A model generated the notes under the pieces. It searched no databases. It was not told the origin of the DNA and saw nothing but the letters and a program-made list of their open reading frames with translations. A program made the position numbers and the translations under genes. DNA of 64,000 bases, taken from the NCBI GenBank assembly GCA_963719495.1, contig CAVRCI010000002.1:448001-512000 (forward strand). The letters run 5' to 3'. This stretch comes from an uncultured Verrucomicrobiae bacterium (GTDB lineage Bacteria > Verrucomicrobiota > Verrucomicrobiia > Chthoniobacterales > JAATET01). Shown here piece by piece: positions 1-9,620 of this stretch (position 1 is its first letter; the number at the start of each line of letters is the position of its first letter).

Positions 1-317
1 TCGAGGCTAAGTATCGTGCGGCCGGGGTGTATACCACGCCGACCATCTCGGTGAGCGTCCCCTTCGAAGCTCGCTTCGTGAACGTGGGGGGCGAGGTTAG
101 GCTTCCGCAGCGGATCTCCTACACGACCGACCTGACCGTGCTTTCCGCGATCAACGCGGCGGGCGGTTTCACGGAATACGCCGCTCAAAATCGGATGCGG
201 TTGGTGCGCAACGGAGAAGCTCTCAGGGTCGACATGCGGCGCATTCGCCGAAACCCAGGTTTGGACATCGTGCTCGAGCCGGGGGATACGATCGAAGTGA
301 TGCGTAGCTTCTTTTGA
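1..317 (+). CDS. Polysaccharide export (Wza-like, SLBB domain) protein, 5' end outside the window
   Basis: FVNVGGEVRLPQR..TVLSAINAAGGFTEYA..DIVLEPGDTIEV is a typical SLBB repeat. Confidence 0.8.
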   Translation, partial: EAKYRAAGVYTTPTISVSVPFEARFVNVGGEVRLPQRISYTTDLTVLSAINAAGGFTEYAAQNRMRLVRNGEALRVDMRRIRRNPGLDIVLEPGDTIEVMRSFF

Positions 318-342
318 GCTTTCAGCTCGGGGCGGTTTTCGC

Positions 343-912
343 CTAGTCCGCCGCGAGAAGTGACTTGTTTCGCAGAAGGTAGCCGAGGCCGGAGTAGACG
401 GTCAGGATCGTCGTGACGGTGATCAGGAACGGGCTGCCGTAGACCCAAAGCGGGGCGAGTAGCTGGATGCCGGCGGGTGCCCATTCGCGGATCGCAAGAT
501 AGACAAGGAAGAAAATGATGGTAGCGATCTGCCACGCGGTTTTGTGTTTGCCGAGCTTCTCGGCGGGGAGGATGAGGTTTTTGTTGGCGGCTAGGAGCCG
601 GAGGCCGGTGATGAGGAACTCTCTTGCGATGATGACGATGACGACCCAGGCGGGGATGAGCTCGAAAGGAATCAGGCAGATGAAGGCGGCGGCGGTGAGG
701 ATTTTGTCGGCGACGGGATCCATCAACTTTCCGAAGTCGGTGATGAGGTTGTGTTTTCTCGCGATGCTTCCGTCGAGGTAGTCGGTGATGCTGGCGGCGA
801 TGAAGAGCAGAAGCGCGATCGTGTGGGCTCCTCGAACCGGGATCGTCAGACAGATGACGAATCCGGCGGTGATGAAGAGGCGCAGGACGGTGAGTTTGTT
901 GGGCAAATTCAT
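343..912 (-). CDS. pgsA: CDP-diacylglycerol--glycerol-3-phosphate 3-phosphatidyltransferase
   Basis: MNLPNKLTVLR start; CDP-alcohol phosphotransferase motif TDYLDGSIARK..FGKLMDPVADK. Confidence 0.93.
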   Translation of the reverse strand: MNLPNKLTVLRLFITAGFVICLTIPVRGAHTIALLLFIAASITDYLDGSIARKHNLITDFGKLMDPVADKILTAAAFICLIPFELIPAWVVIVIIAREFLITGLRLLAANKNLILPAEKLGKHKTAWQIATIIFFLVYLAIREWAPAGIQLLAPLWVYGSPFLITVTTILTVYSGLGYLLRNKSLLAAD

Positions 913-1325
913 GGGAATTGCGGATTTCGGATCGCGGATTGCGGATTGGTGAAGATGGGGTGCTTCCAGATGGGGGCGCGGAGCTTGAGTTGTTCGATGA
1001 TCCAGCGGCTGGCGGTGTAGGCCGGGTCGCGGTGGGCGGTGTCGACACGGACGAAAAGGGAGGGCTCGTGGGTTGGAACCACGCCGACGCGGTGGACGAG
1101 GCGGCAGCCGAGGAGGGGGTGGGTGGACGCGGCTTCGGCGACGATGCGGGCGAGTTCGGCTTCCGCCATTGTGGGGTGAAAGTGGTAGTCGATTGCCGCA
1201 ATCGGTTCGCTATTTTCGCTGGGGCGGACGATGCCGAGGAAGTCCAGACGGGCTCCGGTGCCGGGCGCGGGGTCGCCGGGAATGACGATCGGAGAGTCGG
1301 TGAGGCGGGTTTCGCAGAAGGCCAT
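909..1325 (-). CDS. moaE: Molybdopterin synthase catalytic subunit MoaE family
   Basis: GARLDFLGIVR, HRVGVV, AHRDPAY, LKLRAPIWKH motifs; start chosen at ATG 1325. Confidence 0.8.
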   Translation of the reverse strand: MAFCETRLTDSPIVIPGDPAPGTGARLDFLGIVRPSENSEPIAAIDYHFHPTMAEAELARIVAEAASTHPLLGCRLVHRVGVVPTHEPSLFVRVDTAHRDPAYTASRWIIEQLKLRAPIWKHPIFTNPQSAIRNPQFP

Positions 1326-1378
1326 TGCCACTCTCGGGGCGGGGTGGCTAGGTTCTTTGTTCTCCATTTTTTCAATCA

Positions 1379-2800
1379 ATGAGCCAAAGCAACATCGGAC
1401 TAATCGGTCTCGCCGTCATGGGCGAGAATCTCGTTCTCAACATGGAAAGCAAGGGCTTTTCGGTCAGCGTTTACAACCGCACCACGGCGGTGACGGAGAA
1501 GTTCGCCGCGGGGCGCGCGAAGGGTAAAAACATCACGGCGACGAAGACGCTCAAGGAATTTGTGCAGTCGCTCGAGAAGCCGCGTAAGGCGATGATCATG
1601 GTGAAGGCTGGGAAACCGGTCGACGCGGTGATCGACCAGCTCGTGCCGCTGCTGGAGAAGGACGACATCATCATCGATGGTGGGAATTCGCTCTGGACCG
1701 ACACGCAGCGCCGCGAGGAGGCGCTTCGCGAGAAGGGGATTCACTACATGGGCTGCGGGGTATCCGGCGGCGAGGAGGGGGCGCTTTTGGGGCCTTCGAT
1801 GATGCCGGGTGGTTCGCAGCATTCCTGGGAGGCTCTGAAACCAATTTTTCAAAAAGTCGCGGCCATCGTGGAGGGTGAGCCCTGCTGCCGATTGATGGGT
1901 CCCGACGGCGCCGGGCATTACGTCAAAATGATCCACAACGGGATCGAATACGGTGATATGCAGCTCATCTGCGAAGCCTACGCCGTTCTCAAGGCGACGA
2001 TCGATCCGACCGCCGAGGAGTTCCACGAGATCTTCGCGAATTGGAACAAGGGCAAGCTGAATAGCTACCTCATCGACATCACCGAGAAGATTTTCACCAA
2101 GAAAGATCCGGAAACCGGCAAACCGATGGTCGACGTGATCATGGATCGCGCGGGTCAGAAGGGGACCGGCAAATGGACCGTCGGAAATGCGGTCGAGCAC
2201 GCCATCGTGCTTTCGACGGTGAACGCCGCCGTCGAGGCGCGCATTCTTTCCTCGATGAAGGAGAAGCGGGTCGCCGCCAGCGAGATCCTGCCGGCTCCGG
2301 AGCCGAAGAAGTTCGAAGGGGATCGCCAGCGTCTCATCGACTCGGTTGGCGACGCGCTCTACGCCAGCAAGATCGTGAGCTACGCGCAGGGGCTCGATCT
2401 CCTTGGCACGGCTGGAAAGTTCTACAACTGGGACCTCAACTTCGGCGACATCGCCACGATCTGGCGAGGCGGCTGCATCATTCGCGCCGTCTTCCTGAAT
2501 CGGATCAAAGAAGCCTACGAGGAGAATCCCGAGTTGGAGAACCTGATGCTGGCTCCTTTCTTTACCGAGATCTTCGCGAAGACTCAGGCCAATTGGCGGC
2601 ACGCCGTGATGACGGCAATCGACAACGGCGTGGCGGCTCCGGCGTTCAGCGCCTCACTGGCCTACTTCGATAGCTACCGTCAGCCGCGGCTGCCGGCGAA
2701 TCTGCTCCAGGCGCAGCGTGATTTCTTCGGCGCGCACACTTACGAACGGGTCGACAAGCCGGTTGGAGAGTTTTTCCACACCGAGTGGTTGGCGGAGTAA
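1379..2800 (+). CDS. gndA: NADP-dependent 6-phosphogluconate dehydrogenase (decarboxylating)
   Basis: IGLIGLAVMGENL, GVSGGEEGA, GHYVKMIHNGIEYGDMQ, QAQRDFFGAHTYER. Confidence 0.97.
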   Translation: MSQSNIGLIGLAVMGENLVLNMESKGFSVSVYNRTTAVTEKFAAGRAKGKNITATKTLKEFVQSLEKPRKAMIMVKAGKPVDAVIDQLVPLLEKDDIIIDGGNSLWTDTQRREEALREKGIHYMGCGVSGGEEGALLGPSMMPGGSQHSWEALKPIFQKVAAIVEGEPCCRLMGPDGAGHYVKMIHNGIEYGDMQLICEAYAVLKATIDPTAEEFHEIFANWNKGKLNSYLIDITEKIFTKKDPETGKPMVDVIMDRAGQKGTGKWTVGNAVEHAIVLSTVNAAVEARILSSMKEKRVAASEILPAPEPKKFEGDRQRLIDSVGDALYASKIVSYAQGLDLLGTAGKFYNWDLNFGDIATIWRGGCIIRAVFLNRIKEAYEENPELENLMLAPFFTEIFAKTQANWRHAVMTAIDNGVAAPAFSASLAYFDSYRQPRLPANLLQAQRDFFGAHTYERVDKPVGEFFHTEWLAE

Positions 2801-2840
2801 GAAGGTGCGCCCCGGTGCCCAGCAGCCAGCGAAAGGGGGG

Positions 2841-3347
2841 GTGAACGTTCCCCTGCTCGTGATTGTGACTTTGGCGCTGGTCGCGGTGATTGGGAGTCTC
2901 GCAATTCCGGCGGTAACAAGTGGGCCGGTTCGTGGTGACCACGTGCGGCAACTGAACAATGCGCGGCAATTTCAGATCGCGGCGCAGACGATGGCACTGG
3001 ACGGGGTCGCGCTTGGCGATCCCCGTTTGCTGTGGCCGGCTGATTCCGGGGTCACGTCTCTCGAGGAGTATTGCGACCGGATGGTCGAGGGAAGGTATCT
3101 CACCCAAAAAGATTTGGAAATGTTGGCCATCGAAGAGCACTTCGTCGTGACCAATCTTTCCAAGGAAGACCGACCGGACACGGCTTTTGTGCTGAGCAAG
3201 GCCTACTTCCAGACGGATCCACCGAAGTGGATGCCGAATGTCGTGGTCTTTCAAAAGGGTGGCGAAGGGAATTTTGCGAGGGGTTCGGAGGCACCGTTCG
3301 AGGTCGTTCTGCCGGACCGGGAGCCCGCGCTCCTGCCAGCGGACTAG
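2841..3347 (+). CDS. Pseudopilin-like membrane-anchored protein, paralog 1 (start uncertain)
   Basis: N-terminal hydrophobic helix ending LAIPAV then NNARQFQIAAQTMALDG; homologous to the next gene. Confidence 0.6.
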   Translation: MNVPLLVIVTLALVAVIGSLAIPAVTSGPVRGDHVRQLNNARQFQIAAQTMALDGVALGDPRLLWPADSGVTSLEEYCDRMVEGRYLTQKDLEMLAIEEHFVVTNLSKEDRPDTAFVLSKAYFQTDPPKWMPNVVVFQKGGEGNFARGSEAPFEVVLPDREPALLPAD

Positions 3348-3355
3348 GTTTCCAG

Positions 3356-3898
3356 ATGGCGATGGAAAGTGGAACCCGACCGAGCCGATGGAAGCGGGTC
3401 CGGAATTGGCTGCTCGGGGTGGTTTTTGTGGTGCTCGGCGCCACGATCTTCCTGGTTCCGGCGGTCTTGGATTCCCTCCGGCGTGGCAGATTGGTGCGGG
3501 TCCTCAGCGCTGCCCGGCAATTTCAGATCGCGGCGCAGACGATGGCGCTGGACGGTTTCACCAAGGACGAACCGAGGTTGCTGTGGCCAGCGGACTCGGG
3601 CGTGTCTTCCGTCACAGAATATTGCGACCGGTTGATCGCCGAAAACTATCTCACTCGAAGGGACATCGAGAATCTTCAGATCAAACAACGCTTCGTGGTA
3701 ACAAATCTCTCGGGATCCGATCCTGGCGAGACGTTGTTCCTAATCACGAAAAACTATTTCGAGCGGGACCCTTCGGCACGGGAGGGCGGAATCGTCATTT
3801 TTCGGAAGGGAGGCGAGGGCAATTTTCTCACTTCGCCCGAGCCTGGGACGAATCTGGTGTTTCCGCCGCGAGAGCCGGCGGTTTTGCCGGCGGAATAG
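3356..3898 (+). CDS. Pseudopilin-like membrane-anchored protein, paralog 2
   Basis: TM helix, then ARQFQIAAQTMALDG..PRLLWPADSGV shared with 2841-3347. Confidence 0.6.
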   Translation: MAMESGTRPSRWKRVRNWLLGVVFVVLGATIFLVPAVLDSLRRGRLVRVLSAARQFQIAAQTMALDGFTKDEPRLLWPADSGVSSVTEYCDRLIAENYLTRRDIENLQIKQRFVVTNLSGSDPGETLFLITKNYFERDPSAREGGIVIFRKGGEGNFLTSPEPGTNLVFPPREPAVLPAE

Positions 3899-4014
3899 AT
3901 TGCGGGAAATGTCCGGCGTTGCCGGATTGGATTGGTTCGGCGATTGCAAATCGCCGCTCCTTGGAGTTTTTAAGCATCCAATCCAGTGAATCCTGTAAAT
4001 CGAGTTAATCCCGT

Positions 4015-4965
4015 TTAGTTGGCTGCAATCGCCGCCAAGACTTCGGCTGCGGTCTTGAAGTGCGTTTTCGCAACCGTCGGCAGGATCTCGGGACCGTGCT
4101 TGCGGATCAAATTTGTCGCGACCGTTTTCACCTGAGCGCTTGCGCCTCTCGGCAAAGTCGTCCCGAGGCGCTTGCCGGTGGAGTCGAGCCAGTCGATAAA
4201 TTTTTCCCGAGCCAAGATCGAGGCCGCGGCGACGGCTGGGTCGGATTCCGCTTTGGTGCGTTGTTCCAGCTCGAGGCCTTGGCCGCGCTCCATGAGCGCG
4301 TTCTTGATGAGGCTCACGTGCGCGAATTTGTCGGAGAGGGCGCGCGGGCAATCGGGTCGGAGTTCGCACAGATTTTCGATGGCGCGGGCGTGGCCCCACG
4401 CGAGGAGGCGGTTGAGGTTGCCGATCTTGGTGAAGAGGGCGTTGTAGCGCTCGGGGGTGATGAGGATGACGGTTTGCGCGGTTTTGGATTTGCGAATGGC
4501 TCCGGCGAGGTCGCGGATCTTTCGGTCGGATTTGATGGCCTTGCTGTCGGTGACGCCGAGGTCGCGGAAGGCGCGCGTGGTTTTTTCGTCGGTGAAGACG
4601 CCGGCGATCACGAGCGGGCCGAAGAAATCGCCCTTGCCGGACTCGTCGATGCCGAAATGGGGAGTGAGAAGCGCGGGATCGAGCTCTTCCTCGTAGCCGA
4701 ACGCGGCCTCGCCGAGGACCTGGGGCTCAAGGGTGAACGTGATGAAATCCTCGAGGCCTTTGCCTTGGAGGAGGACCTTGGGACCCTTCTGGTAGACGGC
4801 GACGGTGAGCTTGTCCTTGCGGGCGGCGTAGTGGGTGTAGGGCTTTTCTTCGAAGTCGAAGTTCTGGGTGATCAGCGCGGCGCGGAGGGACTCGACTTGA
4901 TCGAGAGTGAGGGGTTTGGTGTAGGTCGTCACTTTCTTGATTGCGTGGATTTTCCGCCGACTCAA
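4015..4965 (-). CDS. rnhC: Ribonuclease HIII (start may be GTG 4932)
   Basis: N-terminal TBP-like extension (VAVYQKGPKVLLQGKG), GIDESGKGDFFGPLVIAG, KAESDPAVAAASILAR. Confidence 0.92.
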   Translation of the reverse strand: MSRRKIHAIKKVTTYTKPLTLDQVESLRAALITQNFDFEEKPYTHYAARKDKLTVAVYQKGPKVLLQGKGLEDFITFTLEPQVLGEAAFGYEEELDPALLTPHFGIDESGKGDFFGPLVIAGVFTDEKTTRAFRDLGVTDSKAIKSDRKIRDLAGAIRKSKTAQTVILITPERYNALFTKIGNLNRLLAWGHARAIENLCELRPDCPRALSDKFAHVSLIKNALMERGQGLELEQRTKAESDPAVAAASILAREKFIDWLDSTGKRLGTTLPRGASAQVKTVATNLIRKHGPEILPTVAKTHFKTAAEVLAAIAAN

Positions 4966-5014
4966 CAGGATTAACTGGATTGACAGGATTGACTGGATTT
5001 TTTTTGGGCAAGAA

Positions 5015-6022
5015 GTGAGCGGAGTGAGATTTGAGGTGGCCGGCTTTCGCTCGGCGTTGGAGCAGTGGTTTGCCGAGTCGGGGCGGGACTTGCCTTGGCG
5101 TCGGACGACGGATCCTTACGCGGTGCTGGTGAGCGAGTTTATGTGCCAGCAGACGACGGTTGCGGCGGTCGTGCCCTACTTTGAGCGTTGGATGGCGCGT
5201 TGGCCGTCGGTTGCGGACCTCGCGGCGGCGAGTGAGGACGAGGTGCTCTCGGTGTGGGAGGGGCTTGGTTATTACTCCCGTGGACGAAATCTGCGGCGGG
5301 CGGCCATCGAATTGCGGGATCGTTTTGGCGGCAAGGTGCCGGCCGACTACGAGTCGTTGCGGAGCCTGCCAGGGGTGGGGGAATACACGGCAAACGCGGT
5401 TCTGGCGTTTGCCTTCGATCTGGCCGCGCCCGTGGTGGATGGCAACGTGGCGCGGGTGCTCACACGAATTTTCGATTACCGAGAGCCGATCGATTCGGGG
5501 CCGGGGAAAATTTGGCTACGGTCGACGGCGGACGAGTTGCAGGAGACTGACGCGGGTCGGGCGTTCAACTCGGCGGTGATGGAATTGGGTGCGCTCGTTT
5601 GCCGCCCGCGGTCGCCGCTTTGCTTATCGTGCCCGGTCCGCACTTGGTGTCGGACCTCGGAGGCCGAAACGCTGCCCGTCAAGCGACCGCGGGCGAAGAT
5701 CACGAAACTCACCGAACGGCGGGAATGGATCTTTGACGGCGAGGCCGTGTGGCTGACCCGGTCGGAGGGAGCGCGTTGGCGGGGCATGTGGGTGCTGCCG
5801 GGAGTGGTCGAAAGTCCAAAGTCGCAATGTCGGGATGGTTCCGCTGGTGCGGATGTCTTGTGGGTCGAGGAGTATCCGATCACTCGTTACCGGGTGCGGC
5901 TCGAGGTGGTGGCGGGGTTGGCTCGCGAGGGATTGACCCGATTTTCGTTGGATGCACTGGCGGTGTTGGCGGTGCCGGCTCCCCATCGCCGCGTCATTCG
6001 GGCGATGTTGGCTGAGTCCTGA
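5015..6022 (+). CDS. mutY: A/G-specific adenine glycosylase
   Basis: GRDLPWRRTTDPYAVLVSEFMCQQT, WEGLGYYSR, HhH LPGVGEYTA, VDGNVARV, CxxxxxxCxxCxxxxxC Fe-S motif. Confidence 0.93.
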   Translation: MSGVRFEVAGFRSALEQWFAESGRDLPWRRTTDPYAVLVSEFMCQQTTVAAVVPYFERWMARWPSVADLAAASEDEVLSVWEGLGYYSRGRNLRRAAIELRDRFGGKVPADYESLRSLPGVGEYTANAVLAFAFDLAAPVVDGNVARVLTRIFDYREPIDSGPGKIWLRSTADELQETDAGRAFNSAVMELGALVCRPRSPLCLSCPVRTWCRTSEAETLPVKRPRAKITKLTERREWIFDGEAVWLTRSEGARWRGMWVLPGVVESPKSQCRDGSAGADVLWVEEYPITRYRVRLEVVAGLAREGLTRFSLDALAVLAVPAPHRRVIRAMLAES

Positions 6023-6073
6023 CGGGCGGCAATCCGGGTTGGCGTCGAGAGCTTCGCTCCCTAGCTTTGGGTC

Positions 6074-7300
6074 ATGGCGGGAGAAGTGATCGAGCGGAAG
6101 AGACATGGGGTGATGGCGTTGTGTCTGGCGCTGACGTTGCTGAATTACCTCGACCGGGTGGTGATCTCGTTCGCGATCTCGCCGATTCAGCGGGAATTCG
6201 GTCTGAACAACACGGAATTTGGATTTCTGATGTCGGCGTTCGCCTTCGGCACGCTGGCGGTGAACGGAGTGGCGGGCGTGCTGCTGGACCGGGGAAGCGT
6301 TCGGTTTTTTTGGGGGGGAGCGGTGGTGCTGTGGTCGCTGGTGATGATGGGGCAGGGGCTGGCTTCGACGCTTTTGGTCTTTCTGGGATTGCGGTTTCTG
6401 CTCGGGGTGGGCGAGGGGGTAAATTTTCCGGCGATGAACCGGGCGATGGCGGATTGGATGGCTCCGGGTGAGCTGGGGAAACGCCTGGCCTTCGGTCTGA
6501 TCGGGGTGCCGTTGGCGTTGTTGATCGGTGGGCCGCTGCTCTCGCAGACGATTGCGGGCGTCGGGTGGCGGGCGGCTTTTGGCGCGCTTGGAGCGTTGGG
6601 TTTGGTGTTGGGAGGATTGATGCTGTGGCTTTATCGGGACGGGCCCGCTCGGGCGGTCGTTCGAGTCGAGACGGGTGGGGCTGGTGGGGCTGGTGGGGCG
6701 AAATGGGTGGACCTGCTTCGGAACCGGACGTTGCTGGCGACGTGCTGGTCGTTTTTTGCTTTTGGCTACGTGCTGTTCTTCGGGGTGAGTTGGTTGCCGG
6801 GGTATCTGGAGCAGACTTATGGGATGGACCTCAAGGCGACGGGGTGGTTCTCCGTGCTGCCCTGGGGGATCGCGTTGGTGCTGATGATGGGGGCGGGATG
6901 GCTCTCGGATTGGTTGATGGTGCGGACGGGGAGCGTCCGGACGGCGCGAGTCCACCTCATTTGGGTGGGGCAAGCCCTGGCGGTGGGGTTTTTTGGCGCG
7001 TTGCTCCTGGTTCGCGATCCGACGGTGGCGGTGGTCCTTTTGTCGCTGGCGATCGGTTTCGCGATGATGCCGAACGCGCCCTATTACTCGATCTGCACGG
7101 ATCTCTTCCCGGATCGCTCGGGGGCGGCGACCGGGATTCTGGTCACCTGCTTTTCGGCGTCGGGGATCGTCTCGCCGGTGCTGACTGGCTGGTTGAGCCA
7201 CGTGTCCGGAGGGTTCGACGCGGCGATCGCGGCGTTGATCGTGATTGTCGGGTCGGCGGTGGTCGGAATGGTGATTTTCGCCCGACCGGATCGGAGATGA
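6074..7300 (+). CDS. MFS transporter (ACS/glucarate-galactonate-like)
   Basis: [27 protein letters not shown], about 12 hydrophobic segments. Confidence 0.88.
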   Translation: MAGEVIERKRHGVMALCLALTLLNYLDRVVISFAISPIQREFGLNNTEFGFLMSAFAFGTLAVNGVAGVLLDRGSVRFFWGGAVVLWSLVMMGQGLASTLLVFLGLRFLLGVGEGVNFPAMNRAMADWMAPGELGKRLAFGLIGVPLALLIGGPLLSQTIAGVGWRAAFGALGALGLVLGGLMLWLYRDGPARAVVRVETGGAGGAGGAKWVDLLRNRTLLATCWSFFAFGYVLFFGVSWLPGYLEQTYGMDLKATGWFSVLPWGIALVLMMGAGWLSDWLMVRTGSVRTARVHLIWVGQALAVGFFGALLLVRDPTVAVVLLSLAIGFAMMPNAPYYSICTDLFPDRSGAATGILVTCFSASGIVSPVLTGWLSHVSGGFDAAIAALIVIVGSAVVGMVIFARPDRR

Positions 7301-7331
7301 CTCCGAGGCCGGGCTGGTGCATAGTGCGCGT

Positions 7332-8534
7332 ATGAGCACTGCGACGGGATTCGTGTCCGAGCCGGACGAGATGGGGCACTTCGGAGCTTACGGTGGAATG
7401 TTCGTGCCGGAGACGCTGATGACGGCGCTTCAGGAACTCGACGGAGCCTACGCCGAGGCGCGGAAGGACGCGGCTTTTCGAACGGAATTGGCCGGGTTGT
7501 TGAAGGATTTTTGCGGGCGGCCGACGCCGCTTTATTTTGCGGAGCGGATGACCGAGCACTTGGGCGGCGCGAAAATTTACCTCAAGCGCGAGGACTTGCT
7601 GCACACGGGGGCTCACAAGATCAACAACGCGGTCGGGCAGATCCTGCTGGCCAAGCGCATGGGGAAGAAGCGGGTGATCGCCGAGACCGGGGCGGGTCAA
7701 CACGGTGTGGCGACCGCGACGGTGGCGGCGCGGTTTGGCTGCGAGTGCGTGATCTACATGGGGGCGGTCGACATGGAACGGCAGGCGCTGAACGTGGCGC
7801 GGATGCGTTTCCTCGGCGCGAAGGTGGTCGCGGTCACGGCGGGCCAAGCGACGCTCAAGGAGGCGGTCAACGAGGCGATGCGCGACTGGGTGACGAACGT
7901 GCGGTCGACGCATTACATTCTGGGCACGGCCTACGGGGCGCACCCGTATCCGAAGATGGTGCGTGATTTTCACCGGGTGATTGGTGACGAGGCGCGTCGG
8001 CAAATTTTGCAACGGGAGGAGCGCCTGCCGGATCTGCTGCTGGCTTGCGTGGGCGGTGGGAGCAACGCGATCGGATTGTTCTATCCGTTCTTGAACGACG
8101 AAAGTGTCCGGATGGTCGGCGTCGAGGCCGGTGGCCGTGGGATCAAGAAGGGCGAGCACGCGGCGCGTTTTCAGGGCGGTCGGCTCGGGGTGCTGCAAGG
8201 GGCGAAGACGTGGTTGCTGGCGGACGAGGATGGCCAGATCGAGCTGACGCATTCCGTCTCGGCGGGACTCGATTACGCAGCCGTGGGGCCGGAGCATTGC
8301 TACCTGCGCGATCTCGGACGCGTGCGGTATGACTTCGCGACCGACGAAGAGGCGCTGGCGGCATTCCGGACTTTGGCGGAAGTCGAGGGGATCATCCCGG
8401 CGCTGGAATCGGCGCACGCGGTGGCCTACGCGATGAAGGTGGTGCCGGACATGTCGAAGGATGAGCTCGTGGTCGTGAATCTGTCGGGTCGCGGCGACAA
8501 GGACGTGGATCAGGCGGCTCGGATGTTGCTTTGA
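7332..8534 (+). CDS. trpB: Tryptophan synthase beta chain
   Basis: [16 protein letters not shown] (PLP lysine), [28 protein letters not shown]. Confidence 0.97.
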   Translation: MSTATGFVSEPDEMGHFGAYGGMFVPETLMTALQELDGAYAEARKDAAFRTELAGLLKDFCGRPTPLYFAERMTEHLGGAKIYLKREDLLHTGAHKINNAVGQILLAKRMGKKRVIAETGAGQHGVATATVAARFGCECVIYMGAVDMERQALNVARMRFLGAKVVAVTAGQATLKEAVNEAMRDWVTNVRSTHYILGTAYGAHPYPKMVRDFHRVIGDEARRQILQREERLPDLLLACVGGGSNAIGLFYPFLNDESVRMVGVEAGGRGIKKGEHAARFQGGRLGVLQGAKTWLLADEDGQIELTHSVSAGLDYAAVGPEHCYLRDLGRVRYDFATDEEALAAFRTLAEVEGIIPALESAHAVAYAMKVVPDMSKDELVVVNLSGRGDKDVDQAARMLL

Positions 8535-8600
8535 GTCGGAAGGTCGAAGGGTCGGAGGGTCGGAAGGTCGGAAGGTCTGAGATGAGCGGCTGGTGCCGCT

Positions 8601-9614
8601 TTAGAGTTGGGCGGTTAGTTTGAGGTCGTTGCCGATCCGTTCGTAGATTGGGTCTTTGAGCTTGAGCGCTTCTTCGTTGCTCCCGATGCCTTCTCCGGTG
8701 ACCGCGGGAGTCGGGCCTCCGATCAGGATCGGGGCGGTGTAGAACACGACTTCGTTGACCAACCGCTGGTCGAAAAAGGCACCCAGAGTCTGGCCGCCTC
8801 CTTCGACGAGAATCGAGATCACGTTTTGGGTCCCAAGGTGGTCGAGAAGTTCGGCCAAGGGTGTTGCGAGGACTTCGGTTTTCGCTCGGTGGGGATCGGT
8901 GAGGACCTTGGCGTCGCTCGGAATTTTTCCCCTTTTCGACCAGATGATGCGGCGAGGTTGGGGGGGGGCGGGGATGCCGCGGACGGTGAGGCTCGGGTCG
9001 TCGTCGCGGATGGTGCCGGCCCCGACGAGGATGGCGTCGACCTGGGAGCGGAGGGTCATCGCGTCGGCTCGGGATTCCTTCGAAGTGAGCCAGCGGGACT
9101 TCGGGTGGGAAGAAATGCGGCCGTCGAGTGACTGGCCGCATTTTGCGATCACGTAGGGACGCTGGGTCCGCATCCAATGGTTCCACGCGCGGTTGAGATG
9201 TTCGCACTCTTTTCGAAGAACTCCGGTGGTCACGGCGATTCCGGCTTTCTGGAGGATCCGGCGCGCCCTCCCGGCGTGGGCGGGATTCGGGTCGGTTGCG
9301 CCGAAGACGACGCGCGCGAATCCGCGGGTGAGGATGGCTTCCGTGCAGGGCGGAGTTCGGCCTTGGGTCGAGCAGGGTTCGAGGGTGACGTAGAGCGTCG
9401 CGTCCGCGGTGCGGACTTGAGGTCCGAGCGTGGCGAGTGCCTCGATCTCGGCGTGCGGCGAGCCAGCGGCGCGGTGGTGACCCTGGCCGAGGATGCGGCC
9501 TCCGCGGACGATCACCGCTCCGACCGCTGGATTCGGGCTGGTGCGACCGAGGGCCTTGCGGGCTTCGGCCAGGGCCACGCGCATGAATCGCTCGTCGGTG
9601 GCGCGGTCGGACAT
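8601..9614 (-). CDS. ribD: Riboflavin biosynthesis deaminase/reductase RibD
   Basis: TSPNPAVGAVIV, PHAE, TLEPC..TPPC, SLDGRI, LVEGGG. Confidence 0.95.
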   Translation of the reverse strand: MSDRATDERFMRVALAEARKALGRTSPNPAVGAVIVRGGRILGQGHHRAAGSPHAEIEALATLGPQVRTADATLYVTLEPCSTQGRTPPCTEAILTRGFARVVFGATDPNPAHAGRARRILQKAGIAVTTGVLRKECEHLNRAWNHWMRTQRPYVIAKCGQSLDGRISSHPKSRWLTSKESRADAMTLRSQVDAILVGAGTIRDDDPSLTVRGIPAPPQPRRIIWSKRGKIPSDAKVLTDPHRAKTEVLATPLAELLDHLGTQNVISILVEGGGQTLGAFFDQRLVNEVVFYTAPILIGGPTPAVTGEGIGSNEEALKLKDPIYERIGNDLKLTAQL

Positions 9615-9620
9615 GCCGTT

